From Heptranchias perlo (taxonomy: Eukaryota), in the NCBI RefSeq assembly GCF_035084215.1, contig NC_090349.1, positions 46,562,001 to 46,626,000 on the forward strand: a stretch of DNA of 64,000 nucleotides, read 5' to 3'. Under the pieces are notes generated by a model. That model saw only the letters and a list, made by a program, of their open reading frames with translations, did no database searches and was not told the DNA's origin. The position numbers were made by a program, and so were the translations under genes. How positions within the stretch are numbered: position 1 is the stretch's first letter; every line of letters starts with the position of its first letter. This document shows, piece by piece, positions 1 to 12,884 of the stretch.

Positions 1-58
1 GGACAAATGTAAGGAATCTTACAACACCGGGTTATAGTCCAACAGTTTTATTTGAAAA

Positions 59-95
59 TCACAAGCTTTCGGAGGCATTCTCCTTCGTCAGGTGA
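59..95 (-). ncRNA. Minimal type I hammerhead ribozyme motif (sense to SBNO1)
   Basis: rc: ucac CUGACGA a ggag aaugc cucc GAAA gc UU guga. Confidence 0.7.
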
Positions 96-140
96 GTGTT
101 CTCTGACTATATATGCGGTACCTTCCATGGAATCCCACAC

Positions 141-177
141 TCACCTGACGAAGGAGAAAGCCTCCGAAAGCTTGTGA
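141..177 (+). ncRNA. Minimal type I hammerhead ribozyme motif
   Basis: ucac CUGACGA a ggag aaagc cucc GAAA gc UU guga: stem I, core, stem II and palindromic AAGCUU stem III. Confidence 0.7.
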
Positions 178-339
178 TTTTCAAATAAAACTGTTGGACT
201 ATAACCTGGTGTTGTAAGAAACCCAATCCACACTGATAGCTCCCTCACCATCATCCAAAGCCTTCTAAAATCTTACTCCTTCACCCCACCTTTGCTCACC
301 TCCTAACTCTTCAACCAATTTCTGCTCAGGGACGTGGGA

Positions 340-880
340 TAAGAACATAAGAACACAAGAAATAGGAGCAGGAGTAGGCCAATCGGCCCCTCGAGCCTGC
401 TCCGCCATTCAATAAGATCATGGCTGATCTGATCCTAATCTCAAATCTAAATTCATGTCCAATTTCCTGCCCGCTCCCCGTAACCCCTAATTCCCTTTAC
501 TTCTAGGAAACTGTCTATTTCTGTTTTAAATTTATTTAGTGATGTAGCTTCCACAGCTTCCTGGGGCAGCAAATTCCACAGACCTACTACCCTCTGAGTG
601 AAGAAGTTTCTCCTCATCTCAGTTTTGAAAGAGCAGCCCCTTATTCTAAGATTATGCCCCCTCGTTCTAGTTTCACCCATCCTTGGGAACATCCTTACCG
701 CATCCACCCGATCAAGCCCCTTCACAATCTTATATGTTTCAATAAGATCGCCTCTCATTCTTCTGAACTCCAATGAGCAGAGTCCCAATCTACTCAACCT
801 CTCCTCATATGTCCGCCCCCTCATCCCCAGGATTAACAGAGTGAACTTTCTTTGTACTGCCTCGAGAGCAAGTATGTCTT
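340..880 (-). mobile_element. CR1 LINE 3' fragment
   Basis: ORF2 C-terminus YEERLSRLGLCSLEFRRMRGDLIETYKI...RRNFFTQRVVGLWN, CR1 3' UTR and short-repeat tail. Confidence 0.9.
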
Positions 881-1088
881 TTGTTGATTGGTATAGTAAA
901 GATACTATGCAAGTTGCTCACAGTATGGTTTAAATTCTGTTAGCTTTCCGACATTAGTTAAGCCTCCATTTTATGCTGAGCTCAAAGTGAGTTTCCATAA
1001 GGTTGGCAATGCTGAATTATGCTTACAATTTTTTTTTTAAAGATCACAACATTTTCCAAAATTCCATCTGTTACTTTCACCAACTTAC

Positions 1089-1274
1089 CATCTTCTTCAT
1101 CAGAAGATTCATCTCTGAAAGGGTTGAAGTCATCGTCGCCAGAGCTGACTGAGTGAAAGCTTTCTTCATCGCTGCCTTCACTTTCAGATACTTCAGATTC
1201 ACTTTCTGAAGAGCTGCTCCCAGCAAGACCTTTGCTCTTGCGGGCCTTTTTAACTTCCCTTTTGTCCTCATTAG
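1089..1274 (-). CDS. SBNO1: SBNO1 coding exon 16 (acidic/Ser-rich; gene continues left of the window)
   Basis: 186 nt, phase 1-1. [28 protein letters not shown]...[19 protein letters not shown]. Confidence 0.95.
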
Positions 1275-1384
1275 CTAAAAACCAATAAAACAATTTAAAA
1301 AGGTTCCCATGTAAAAAAAAATTACTACAAAATAAAACCTAGCAAAATACTTCCTGAATTTACATGCATGTGCTTACTTGTAGA

Positions 1385-1900
1385 AAGCTACCTATCAGGT
1401 TCACCTTAAACAAGATTGCTTCACAGGTAGGCGTAAAGAAAACAAGACATCCAGCCACGAAAAGGAGATGGACTAAAAACAGATGGGTTTTGAAGAGGTT
1501 TGCAAAGTCACGGAGAGGAATTCCAAGTATTAGGGCACAGGCCACTGAAGGCTCTGCCGCCAATGGTGGGGTATGGAGAGGCAATATACAGCCCAGAGGA
1601 ATGGAATTTTGGGAGGGTGGGGGTGAAGAGAGAAGAGATAGGGCTGGAGGAGAATGCAAAAATAGGGTGGGCAAGGCCATGGAGGGATTTAGAGATGAGG
1701 GCTTAAGAATTTATGGCATTGGGGACAGGGAGCCAATATAGAAGCGAGGACAGTGGTGATGGGTAAACAGAACTTTGTGTGAGAAGGGCAGAGGATTGGA
1801 ATGGAGAGATTTGGACAGGGAGTTCCGGCAGAGATGGACATAGAGCTAGGAGGTGACAATATTGTCAAGAACCTATAAAGATAAAATGGAGGTTGGAGAT
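1385..1900 (-). mobile_element. Degenerate L2-type LINE 3' fragment
   Basis: Purine-rich + strand. The - strand resembles L2 ORF2/3' ends (...FKTHLF) and parallels 17150-18230 and 44150-44970. Confidence 0.5.
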
Positions 1901-2359
1901 GGGGTGGTTGTTGGAGGGTATGAAAGGGCCAGAATGAATGATAAACCTGAGAAAATACATAAACTAAATGGGACATTAGAAGAGCAGGTGAGTTCTTCTG
2001 GTATCCTGACCAACACTTATCCCTCAACCATCATAAAAATCTTGCCTTTCATTATCTCAATACTGTTTGTGGGGCCTGGCCGTGTACAAATTGGCTGCTG
2101 CATTTCTCTAGATTACAACAGTGACTATACCTCAAAAGTACTTCATTGGCTGAGGTCATGAAAGGTGCTATATAAATGAAGGTTCTTTCTTTCCTAAGCA
2201 GACAGATTTATCCAGGCAGATGTTCACTGTGGGGGGAGAATTCTTTTTTCCAAAACTAATCTAAAATCTAGCTCAAGGATCAAGAATTTTGTAATCTTGA
2301 ACTTAAGTTCAGGGCTCACAATCCAAGTTAATTAATTTGCTTGAATTTACCCTAACCCT

Positions 2360-3810
2360 CGTTCAAGAAAGGGTGTAAGGATAAACCCAGAAACCCTCGG
2401 TGGTGGGGAAGCTTTTAGAAACGATAATCCAGGACAAAATTAGCAGTCACTTGGACAAGTGTGGATTAATTAAGGAAAGCCAACACGGATCTGTTAAAGG
2501 CAAATCGTGTTTAACCAACTTGATTGATTTTTTTGATGAGGTAACATCGAGGGTTGATGTTGTGTATATGGACTTCCAAAGGCGTTTGATAAAGGGGGAG
2601 TGGCAGCATGGATACTAAATTGGCTAAGAGACAGGAAACAGAACTAGTGGTGAGCGGTTGTTTTTCAGACTGAAGGAAGGTACATAGTGGTGTTCCCCAG
2701 GGGTTGGTACTAAAACCACTGCTTTTGACAGTTACATGGGTAAGATGGGTATAGAGGGATATGGGCCAAGTGCAGGCAATTGGGACTAGCTTAGTGGTAT
2801 AAACTGGGCGACATGGACATGTTGGGCCGAAGGGCCTGTTTCCATGTTGTAACTTCTATGATTCTATGATTTTCTTGATATATAATGATGACTTGGACTT
2901 GGGTGTACAGGGCACAATTTCAAAATTTGCAGATGACACAAAACGTGGAAGTGTAGTGAGGAGGGTGGTGATAAGACTTCAAGATGACAGACAGGCTGGT
3001 GGAATGGATGGACACATGGCAGATGAAATTTAATGCAGACAAGTGCGAAGTGATACATTTTGGTAGGAAGAACAAGGAGAGGCAATATAAACTAAATGGT
3101 ACAATTCTAAAGGGGGTGCAGGAACAGAGAAACCTGGAGGTATATGTGCACAGGTAATTGAAGATGGCGGGGCAGGTTGAGAAAGCAGTTAAAAAAGCAG
3201 ACGGGATCCTGGGCTTTATAAAGAGGCATAGAGTACAAATGCAAGGATGTTACAATGAACCTTTTTAAAACACTGGCTTGGCCACAAGTGGGAGTATTGT
3301 GTTCAATTCTGGGCACTTCAGGAAGGATGTGAAGGCCTTAGAGTAGATGCAGAAAAGATTTACTAGAATGGTTTCAGGGATGAGAGACTTCAGCTACATG
3401 GATAGACTGGAGAAGCTGGGGTTGTTCTCAGAGCAGAGAAGGTTGAGAGGAGATTTGATAGAGGTGTACAAAATCATGAGGGGAGTAGATAGAGAAACTC
3501 TTCCCATTGGCAGAAGGGTCAAGAACCAGAGGACACAGATTTAAGGTGATTTAAAAAAAAAGTCGCCTTCGGTTTTTTTGCCAAACACCTCGAGTGGTTA
3601 TGATCTGGAATGTACTGCCTGAAAGGGTGGTGGAGGCAGATTCAATCGTAGCTTTCAAAAGAGAATTGGATAAGTACTTGAAAGGAAAAAAACTTGCAGG
3701 GCTATGGGGAAAGGGCAGGGGTGTGGGACTAACTGGATTGTTCTTGCACAGATCCGGCACGGGCTCGATGGTCAGAATAGCCTCCTCCTGTGCTGTAACC
3801 ATTCTATGAT
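2360..3810 (+). mobile_element. CR1 LINE RT fragment with a nested young CR1 tail (about 2728-2868)
   Basis: KGKSCLTNLIDFFDEVT, KFADDTK, RGDLIEVYKIM motifs with frameshifts; ATTCTATG-type tail. Confidence 0.9.
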
Positions 3811-4859
3811 TCTATACATTATCTACTCCTCCTGGCATTTTAAAAATATACATTTTTTTGAAAAAAGATTTGAGGAGATAAAAGTTCAGCTTTATTGTCT
3901 TCCCTTCACAAGAGCCCCAGGTTCTGTAACCATCTGGTCATACTGAACTTGAAACCCTCTGCAATGTTCTTTAGATGGTTATGTGGTCAAAAGTGCACAT
4001 ATCAAAAGCGAACCCCTCCCCAAATGATATAAAGGAGTCACAACACACCAGAAGGTCCCAAGTTTGGTACCAGACCTGTACTGAGTTAAGCTAATCCTAG
4101 CTAGGTCAGCAGTTGAAGTACTATAACTGACCTCAACATCTCTCAACTAGTGAGGGGAAAAGAAGGATGAACCAAGATTCTTATGTCTGATTACTATCCT
4201 GTAACTGCTGCTGAGAAATGTGTATGTGGATATCGTATTTCCCAGTAACAGCCAAATTGTGCAGAATAGAGTACTTTTATAGCTATTAACTCATGTAGCA
4301 TTGAATTTTCAGTATTTCCTGAGCAGAATTTTGTCAAATTATATTCCTTACATATTATTAAATATAACATTTTATTGACGCAACATTAACCAGCAGACAT
4401 GGAGCTACGGTGTTTTGGAATGTCAAATAGGAAAATAGGTGGAGGCCTGAGTGACTGGAAACATTAATAAGTTTCCCAAAGAGAGGTGGAACAGCTGTTT
4501 ACATTTGCATGTTGCTTTAGCCTCGAGATAACGAGGATTATTACAATGTAATTCTAAGCATTTCTCACCATTGTGATAAAATGGTTTTCATTCAGGGAGC
4601 TTAGCTAAACAGGCAAACGAGTACTCCAAGCTCCCACGTCAAAGGGGGGCCACGTAACTTTGATAGCTTGGTAGGCCAATCTCCTCCACGGAGCTGCCAA
4701 GAGGGGTCAGAGAACGATTTTTTTGTCTCTAGCCAAGTAATCCAACTGATATATGAGCACATATAGCTTGAAACAGAGGCATAGCAAGTCATCTCAAAAG
4801 TGAGTTTTCGCCTCGAACAACAGGAGCTCTGCTTTTTATTGATTTTATGCAACGGGTGA

Positions 4860-5692
4860 TGGGCAGTCTGTGCCTGCATGCAGCAAGACCTGGACAACAT
4901 CCAGGCTTGGGCTGATAAGTGACAAGTAACCTTTGCACCAGGCAATGACCATCTCCAACAAGAGAGAATCTAACCACCTCCCCATGACATTCAACGGCAC
5001 TACCATCGCCAAATCCCCCACAATCAACGTCCTCGGGGTCACCACTGACCAGAAACTTAACTGGACCAGCCACATAAATACTGTGGCTACAAGGTCAGAG
5101 GCCGGGTATTCTGCGGCGAGTGACTCATCTCCTGACACCCCAAAGCCTTTCCAACTTTTACAAGGTACAAGTCGGGAGTGTGATGGAATACTCTCCACTT
5201 GCCTGGATGAGTGCAGCTCCAACACCACTCAAGAAGCTCGACACCATCCAGGACAATTTAGCCCGCTTGATTGGCACCCCATCCACCATCCTAAACATTC
5301 ACTCCCTTCACCACCGGCACACCGTGGCTGCAGTGTGTACCATCTACAGGATGCACTGTAGCAATTCGCCAAGGCTTCTTCGACAGCACTTCCCAAACCC
5401 GCAACCTCTACCACCTAGAAGGATAAGGGCAGCAGGCACAATGGGAGCAACTCCACCTGCACGTTCCCATCCAAGTCACACACTATCTCGACTTGGAAAT
5501 ATATCGCCGTTCCTTCATCATCGCTGGGTCAAAATCCTGGAACTCCCTTCCTAACAGCGCCGTGGTAGAACCTTCACCACAACGACTGCAGCGGTTCAAG
5601 AAAGCGGCTCACCACCACCTTCTCCAGGGCAATTTGAGATGGGCAATAAGTGCTGGCCTTGCCAGCGACGCCCACATCCCATGAACGAATAA
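4860..5692 (+). mobile_element. Non-LTR LINE 3' fragment (CR1/L2 supergroup, second family)
   Basis: RT C-terminus YKVQVGSVMEYSPLAWMSAAPTPLKKLDTIQD...IHSLHHRH; closely similar to 58575-59805. Confidence 0.85.
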
Positions 5693-6841
5693 AACAAATT
5701 GTTGGATTTCATGGTGAAAGCTGTCTTCTATCCAATCACATATTTTATGTGAAATAAATTAGTTTGTTGGTTTACATGTGTCTTGTATTGTTAGTGCTTT
5801 TCAATCCACTTTCTGTAAAGACAGGAGAATGCACAGAGAAAATTTGCGAGATCACAGTAGCCAGCATATGCAACAAGTGCTCTATGTTATGACCCCCCCC
5901 CCAGTCACACTATCATTTAACTAGAAAGTAGGAGATATGACATCCGCTTATGGGAATGCCAGTTACCCTGAACCAAAGTATCTTGTGAAACCTACAAAAT
6001 TTTTAACAGCTCACTTACACAATAATTTTAATGTCTGTATTACATGTATTCAGATTCATTTTTTACTGGAAATGGCTTAACAAATCAATGATTTAGTTTA
6101 CATTAATCAGAGAATGATCCTTGGTTGTTCCTGTGCTCCTGCTGGTGGCCATAGAATATTTGCAGAGGCCCGTAATTTTTTCTCCATGGCAGAACGTGTG
6201 CACATCGGGTAAAGTGGGAGAATTGGAAGTGGTAGGGGAAAGAAACTTTCCAAAGTAATATTAATCAAATAGAAAGAAACTGTATGGATATAAGATATTG
6301 TGCTGCCATACAATGTACAAATTGTATATTCAATTATTAGAAAAAATACGACAGGAACTCTTGGAATATTTCTACATTCCTCAATAGATCTCAAACCACG
6401 CCCACTATTTACTGTGTTGCTGAATATAATTCCATCTGATTTAGAACAGCGTTTGGAACAGCTTTTCAAAGCTCTGTTGCACCCTGTCTTTGACAAGCTG
6501 CAGCTTTTTCTCTTGCAATATTTATAAGTCTACACACCATGTTCGATTCCATGCAGTCTATTAACAGGTTTCTCTGTAAATTAGCCTTTGGTTGGTCCTA
6601 TACAAATATCACACGAGGAACTCCTAGATAAGCAGCAATTAGTAGATTCTCAAGGATCATTCTTGTATATTTTATATAGTTTGGATATAATCTAATCCCA
6701 CTAAATAACTTTGCCTCATCTGATGAGCTGCAGAATTTGCATTCATTCCATCAAACAAAGTGCGATCTTAATTGGAAGAACTTGGGCTTTGTACACTGAT
6801 GAGCATCCCAACATCAACATAAATATTTGGAAAGGTCATAC

Positions 6842-6993
6842 CTTTTCGTTTTTTTCCTTTGTTCGGTCTTGATGGACTGTCAATGGGAGAGTTATGATTG
6901 CTGGGCATGCTCATATCTATCCCCAACAAACTGTACAACTTCTTTCTGTCGGGTGCCGGGAAATGTTTCTCAACTAAAGACTGAAGGACACCT
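6842..6993 (-). CDS. SBNO1: SBNO1 coding exon 15
   Basis: 152 nt, phase 2-1. [50 protein letters not shown] (basic, NLS-like end). Confidence 0.96.
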
Positions 6994-7199
6994 CTGCAAT
7001 AATTAAACAAATACATTTAAGTTTGTGTTCAACAGCTGTATGCCAGTGCCTTGTGCTTGCTTGCTGAGAACTGTGAATTATGTAAAACAAATACCATTAA
7101 ATGGTAATACAACCCATTAACACCTGTAGATATAAAATAGTTAACTAACTCAACTCTACGTGGAAGGATTGCTTTAAAGGATTAATCCTACATTATTCA

Positions 7200-7580
7200 A
7201 TTTGAACAGATTTTCAGCTTCCTCCTACCACAACTGGTAGTGGGGTCTAGTTCTATGGGTGTTCTCAGCTTCATCTAGTTGCCATTATTCACATGCCAGT
7301 CTTCAGTGAGTTGACAGGTTATTTGTCCTAAGGGCTGAGCCCAATCCTGTCCTTCAGTGTTCAAATCCATGCACTTTCCCGAAGGAGTCAGTGAATAATG
7401 ATCAGGATTGGGTACTGGGGATGATTTCCCCCTCTCCTTCCTAGCCCCAGCCCTTGGACAGTTAGGATAACTGTAGAACCCCCACGACTGCCCTGGCTGA
7501 GAAAGGCAAACTCAGCACAGATCAGAGATGGATCTTTCCTGGTCTGTACGGCTGACACTCAGAGCCATGGGCAGCCTCAA
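7200..7580 (-). mobile_element. AmnSINE2-like tRNA SINE
   Basis: rc contains CAGACCAGGAAAG..CTGTGCTGAGTT..TCTCAGCCAGGGCAG..GGGCTAGGAAGGAG. Relatives at about 4030-4240, 13380-13680, 15660-15820, 19390-19680, 34820-34990, 43060-43260 and 62150-62430. Family name is from recalled consensus. Confidence 0.5.
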
Positions 7581-8622
7581 CCAAATAATAAAAAAATGTA
7601 ATACATAATTTAAGAACAAAGCACATATCTCGATGCTTCAAGCAACAGAAGACCTGCTAATAATGATTAAGTTTGTGCATTTGTAAAGAAGAAATCCTTG
7701 CCAGTGGGTCTTCTAATTAAAACCAGAAGATTTTTCTTTTGCTGTGTGCAAATTGGCTGCTGCGTTTCCTACATTACAAATAGTACTTCATTGGCTGTAA
7801 AGCGCTTTGGGATGTCCTGAGGTTGTGAAAGCAGCTATATAAACACAAGACTTTCTTTTTAAAAGTTTGTTTATACGAGTGCACTTTCAAGTGACCAGTC
7901 CTGTGCGCGTTCAGGTTGATCCATGGACAGTAGTGAGCCTCAGATCCACCCATACATGGTATTAGGGAAACTTTGGGCAAAAGAGAATACTTAACTTCCA
8001 TCTATGAAATGGCAAGTTTTTGTAACAAAAATTAGTGCAGGAAGTAATTGTTAGCAATCCTAAAACTATACGGCATTCATAAATTGTCCTAACAAACCAC
8101 ATTAATCCATATAATTTCAAATGTTTGACAAGGGCTGGATCTTATAATGCAAACTATTTAAACAAAATAATTACACTGTACTTCAATGTGAACAGCTATT
8201 TAAGAAACTTCCTTACATTTACCATCCCTCTGATACTTCAGAACGTTTACAAAGCATGCTAGGTACATGCATTTATATAGAGCTTTTAGCACATCTGCAG
8301 GACACTCCAAAGGGCTTCACAGCTAATTAATTACTTTATGAACTTACAACGGCAAATGCAGCAGCCATCAAGGCTAGACTTAGCCCTTCACACAAACCTA
8401 TCCTTCCTTGCGTTAGTTATTTACATATAGAAGCACAGGTAGCAAACAAATAAAATTCTCGTTGGCAACGGTTGCAGGAAAAAATCTCAAGTAGACAGAA
8501 TAACTCCCACATTCCATTTATACAGAAGAGTTCAGTCAATAGTTTTTCTATAAATTACTAGTTTTTTTGAAAACATTATTGAATATTTTACAAATACAGG
8601 CAATCATGCTGTGTAAACATAC

Positions 8623-8720
8623 TTAGCAGTTGAAACAAAATCATTCAGTTCACCACCACCCTCCTCCAGGGCTTCAAGAGTTCTTGCTTCTCCAGTGGAT
8701 TGTAGACCAATAACCACGCA
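8623..8720 (-). CDS. SBNO1: SBNO1 coding exon 14
   Basis: 98 nt, phase 0-2. [33 protein letters not shown]. Confidence 0.97.
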
Positions 8721-10129
8721 CTAAAAGTAATTCCAAAATAAAGCTATTAGAATAAGTTACATCATTTTAATTTACAGCTGTCTGTACAATTTCCCATTTA
8801 CCACTTACTGTGATAGTATTCGGTCAGGTATAGCACAGGCCAGACTCTGAGCAAAGCTCTCTACTCTGTCCCAACAATATACTTTAACTCCAGCTTCAGA
8901 ACAGCACCCACAGTACCACTTTCGTTCCACTGTCCACATCAGCTATCTGTGTGATCTCTGACACTAAAGAGTTAGTGTTAAATTATGGGCTTTTTCATGC
9001 TGTAGATTCATGTTCATGATTAACTGGGCTTAGATCACCAAACTCCTTTCAAGTAGGCACTAACAATGAGCAGAGACTTTTATCCCACAAATCTGGGCCA
9101 GATTCAAACCCACACCCCAAGGATGAAAGAACCACATGCACTGGGTCAGTTACCTCAAAGTAACTTTCATTGGCATGAAAGTACAGTGCACCTTTCACTT
9201 TAATGGAAAAGCTCATAGAAACTCTGATGGTTTCTAATGAATGCTCATAAATTGTTTTCATAAAATGCACTAACAAGCCACATCAAATGAGTCTTGAAAT
9301 ATAAATGCTGTTATCTCAAGTCTCAATAATGGTCTTCAGTGAAATCCAGTTTTCACTGGTTGGCAGCTGGGGTACTGAGGAGCCACAGCATTGAAAAATA
9401 GGACACAGTTGGCTCATTTATCACCCTCTCCTCTAAACTGAAAGAACAAACTTTAATCTATATAGGGCCTTTCACTAGCTCAAGGCATCTCAGACTATTT
9501 CACAGCCAATGAATTACTTTGACGTCGGGTCACTTGCTTTGTCGGCAATTTGCTTACAGCAGGTCCCGTAAATTCCAATGAGATGAATGACCAGATCATC
9601 TGTTTTAGGTATTGGTTGAGAAATAACTATTGGCCAGGACACTAGGAGAACTTCCTAACTCTCTTCTGAATATGCATGGGTTTTTTTTTACATCCACTTA
9701 AGCAAGCCTTAGTTGAATATCTCATTTGAAAGATGCTAGCACCAACAATGCAGCAGAAGCCCTCAGGACAGCATTGAAGTGTCAGTCTAGATGGTGTGCT
9801 CAAGTTTGGGGGTGGGGGTTAAACCCACAACCTTCTGACTCAGAGACAATAATGCTACCATGGAGTCATGGTTCATATAGTTACAAACAGCCTCTATAGA
9901 AAAAAACCAAAACAGTTAAAACTCACTAGCGGGAGCAAATATTACTCACTGCAATTCCTTTTAAGAGGCCATCAACAGACATGTGTTTATACCAGCAGGG
10001 TGGATTTTCAAAAGCACTGCATGATGTTCCTATAAATACTGCAGTACAATTCAGTTTGACGTCTAATGACCAGAATATCCCTACCCATTCTATGGCCCTC
10101 GATTACAATCTGAGAGATGAAGCACCCAG

Positions 10130-11520
10130 AGTGCCTCCATGACCTTAAGGGCTGTACTCGACATTGGCTTCATGGAGTAACAGAATTTTTCTAGACAGCC
10201 ACGACATAAAGGTCTTAATGGAGCCAGCAGCTTAACAGGTGATTTGTTAAGACATCAATGTTGCTGTATGGAGTCGACTGGCTGGAGACACACAGCTGGT
10301 AGGTGATAGGAGTGACTATATCTTTTACTGGTGTAGTACTGCAATTCACAATGGCATCATTTTTATGCCCACCCGAGGGGGCAGGCAGAGCCTCGATTTA
10401 ACATCTCATCTGGAAGAGGGCACCTCCGACAGTGCAGCATTCGGCTGGATTACGTGCTCAAATCTCTGGAGGGGAACTTGAACCCAGAGCCTTCTGCTAC
10501 CACTGAGGCAAGGCTGACTAACACCACCGCCAGCAGACAAACCAATCATCATGAATCCTTAATGTACCAGGTTAACAATGATGGCTTCTCTTGGGGAGGT
10601 GTCATTGGGCACTCCTAGGACAACAAAATGCATCAAGGACGAGCCAGTCAACAATTTTCACAATCATGAGACACACTGAACATAGTGGGTGGATCCTCGA
10701 TCCAAGAACTGGCATCTGATCGATTGCACCACTGTACAGTAATTTGACCTGAATGGTTCAAAAAACTCAGAGCCATGTGTGGATCAGAACTTGGACCAAT
10801 GAATATTAGATACAATCCAAACCGCTGCTGACAATCCAGCCACATTGGTTCAAACTGCCTCAAAACCCATTAGATGTGAAGCAGCTGAAGGACCCGAACA
10901 GGAGCCATGCATCACAGTCACTGCAGTGCTTGCCCCCAGTGTCGAACTCAGGACAGTGAGAGCAAGTGGAAGACTTACAAGGCTACTGCTACCACAATCA
11001 GCGTTGTCAAATATTGGCTTGATAAAAACGACCACTCCAATCAAAACATTCCTTGAAGAGGGCACAGAACAGCCAACTCTACTGCAAAGAAAGCACCCTA
11101 CAGAAATATTAGTGCACTGGCCCAAGTTAAGTTGTGGCAAATGAAAGATCATTGGTGAGAATATAAAAGCTGCAAAATCCAATCCAGATCAGAATGACAA
11201 AAAGCTCCATGATACGCTAAAGGCCCAAGTATACCAATAGTACAACTCTAAAGAGTATGGATAGTGTCACCTTTCTTCACTGGCAAGGCAGAGATGGCAC
11301 AAGCACTTTTGATAAAGTTTTGAATGGACAGTCCATCATTGTGACAAACACCTCAACAAAGTCACATTGCAGCCACAGCATAACCCGGCTAAGATTCCTA
11401 CAACTGCCATGGTTAGTGAAGCCATCATCGCAATGAAGCTCCAGGACCAGACGGGTTCATTGCACAGATCTTGAGGTGTAGTTGCAGGAATGTAATTGAA
11501 TAGCTATACAGACTCTTCAA
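10130..11520 (+). mobile_element. Fossil RTE/BovB-like LINE (endonuclease to RT start), interrupted by a SINE at about 10350-10520
   Basis: Frameshifted residues match RTE-clade motifs: RLAGDTQL..YIFYW, DPRSKNWHLID, RAMCGSE.WT, RW..HF..VLN, PGPDG. Confidence 0.6.
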
Positions 11521-11624
11521 AACAAGGGGCTACATACTGCATAGAGGGGGGCATTTGAAAATGAATGACCGCAATGTATTCAAGCACAGTAAACCCATGT
11601 GCTAGTATGAAGACCCTACCCTAT

Positions 11625-11985
11625 AGAACCATAAAAGTTTATAGCACAAGAGTGTGTCAGTCAACCCACATTCTGCCTATTTTGACACTTGTTGGAGCAA
11701 TCCAAACTACTCTACTGCCCCACTGCCTCCCCATGGCCTTGAATCTTTCCCTGCTTCAACTATTCATTCAAAGAGCAATGGTCTGTGCCTCAACCATTAC
11801 CTATAGCAAAGCATTTCATGCTCCAACGCTCTGTGTAAAGAAATATTTCCTAACCTTTTCTCACTATTTGTGACAATTTTGAAGTGATGACTCCCCCAAA
11901 GAGAATGTTTTTCTCTATTCACTCTCAAAACCTCAATTTAAAAAAAATCTAACAGACCTCTTCTTAGTCACCTCTGCAGTAGTGG
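11625..11985 (-). mobile_element. Degenerate CR1 3' fragment
   Basis: Resembles the CR1 3' ends at 29650-30137 and 47760-48100. Confidence 0.6.
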
Positions 11986-12519
11986 AAATACTCCTCGTAC
12001 TGCTGCAGATATCTGGAACTAAAATGTGTAAAGCAAAAATAACATGCTCTAAAAAGGGGTCAGTTTTCTTTAAAACCAATCTGTGGAAATTCTTTAATCC
12101 CCCCCAACCAAATTCAATACCATTTCAAATGCACCACAATGAACAACTTGCTAGAAAATTGCACTGGGCAAGTCACATTCCCAAGCAGGTTTTTGTATCA
12201 AAGGTCCAACACTAATAGGCATTTTACAGTGCTGTTACTGGCAACTGTGATTTACAGCTGAAGAGTAATATTGCTGGCATTAAGTTTGCTACATTTTGCT
12301 TTGTATGATGACAACCTGCAGCATTTTCAGCCTTACTGGAACTATGGATGCAGAGTTCACCTGTGGGCAATAACATTTTTCCATAATTTAGACTTGCTCT
12401 TCCCAGTAGGGTAAAAAAAAACTGTACACAGCCTTTAAGCTCAAATTAATTTCACAGTTAGTATCTACTCTAGTTGAAGGTAAAACAGATGCTTAAATAT
12501 AACATTCACAAGACAATTA

Positions 12520-12698
12520 CAAAGACGACCATTCGGTCCGTTTAATTTGTTTATCTTCAATATCCAATTGCTCCTTAATACCAGGGTTTCCAAGTCTATC
12601 CGGAGATTCCATTCCACACACTGATCGCTCTGCGTAAGGGAGAATTTCATGACATCAGTCCTAAATTTGTCGTTCATTAGCTTGAACCTGTGTCCCCT
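12520..12698 (-). mobile_element. Degenerate CR1 3' fragment abutting an SBNO1 splice donor
   Basis: RGHRFKL..DKFRTD..KF.LTQ resembles the CR1 ORF2 end; gaccgaatgg resembles the CR1 3' UTR motif. Confidence 0.6.
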
Positions 12699-12701
12699 TA
12701 C

Positions 12702-12884
12702 CTTTCCATTTTTGATTTCTTCCCGGGCGAGTTGTACTATTCTCCTAACTTTGGAAGCTATGCAGAGATATTTGAAAAACCTCTGATGTGCCGACCAGAA
12801 CTGTCCCCACATGGACTTCTTCATCCGCTGTTCTGCATCAATTAGCTCCGCCGACATCTGAAATTTCTCCCTGGCCTCCACCCA
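12702..12884 (-). CDS. SBNO1: SBNO1 coding exon 13
   Basis: 183 nt, phase 0-0. [61 protein letters not shown]. Confidence 0.97.

Larger units (their letters stand above)
1..219. mobile_element. Palindromic Penelope-like element remnant (family A) with hammerhead motifs
   Basis: Inverted arms 17-99 and 137-219, each carrying CTGACGA-AGGAG-n5-CTCC-GAAA-GCTT and AATAAA. Truncated by the window edge. Confidence 0.8.

Noticed and set aside
6107-6527. Overlapping ORFs on both strands and a weak CTCF-like motif near 6135-6150
   Set aside because: No homology or splice signals, and the motif deviates from consensus.
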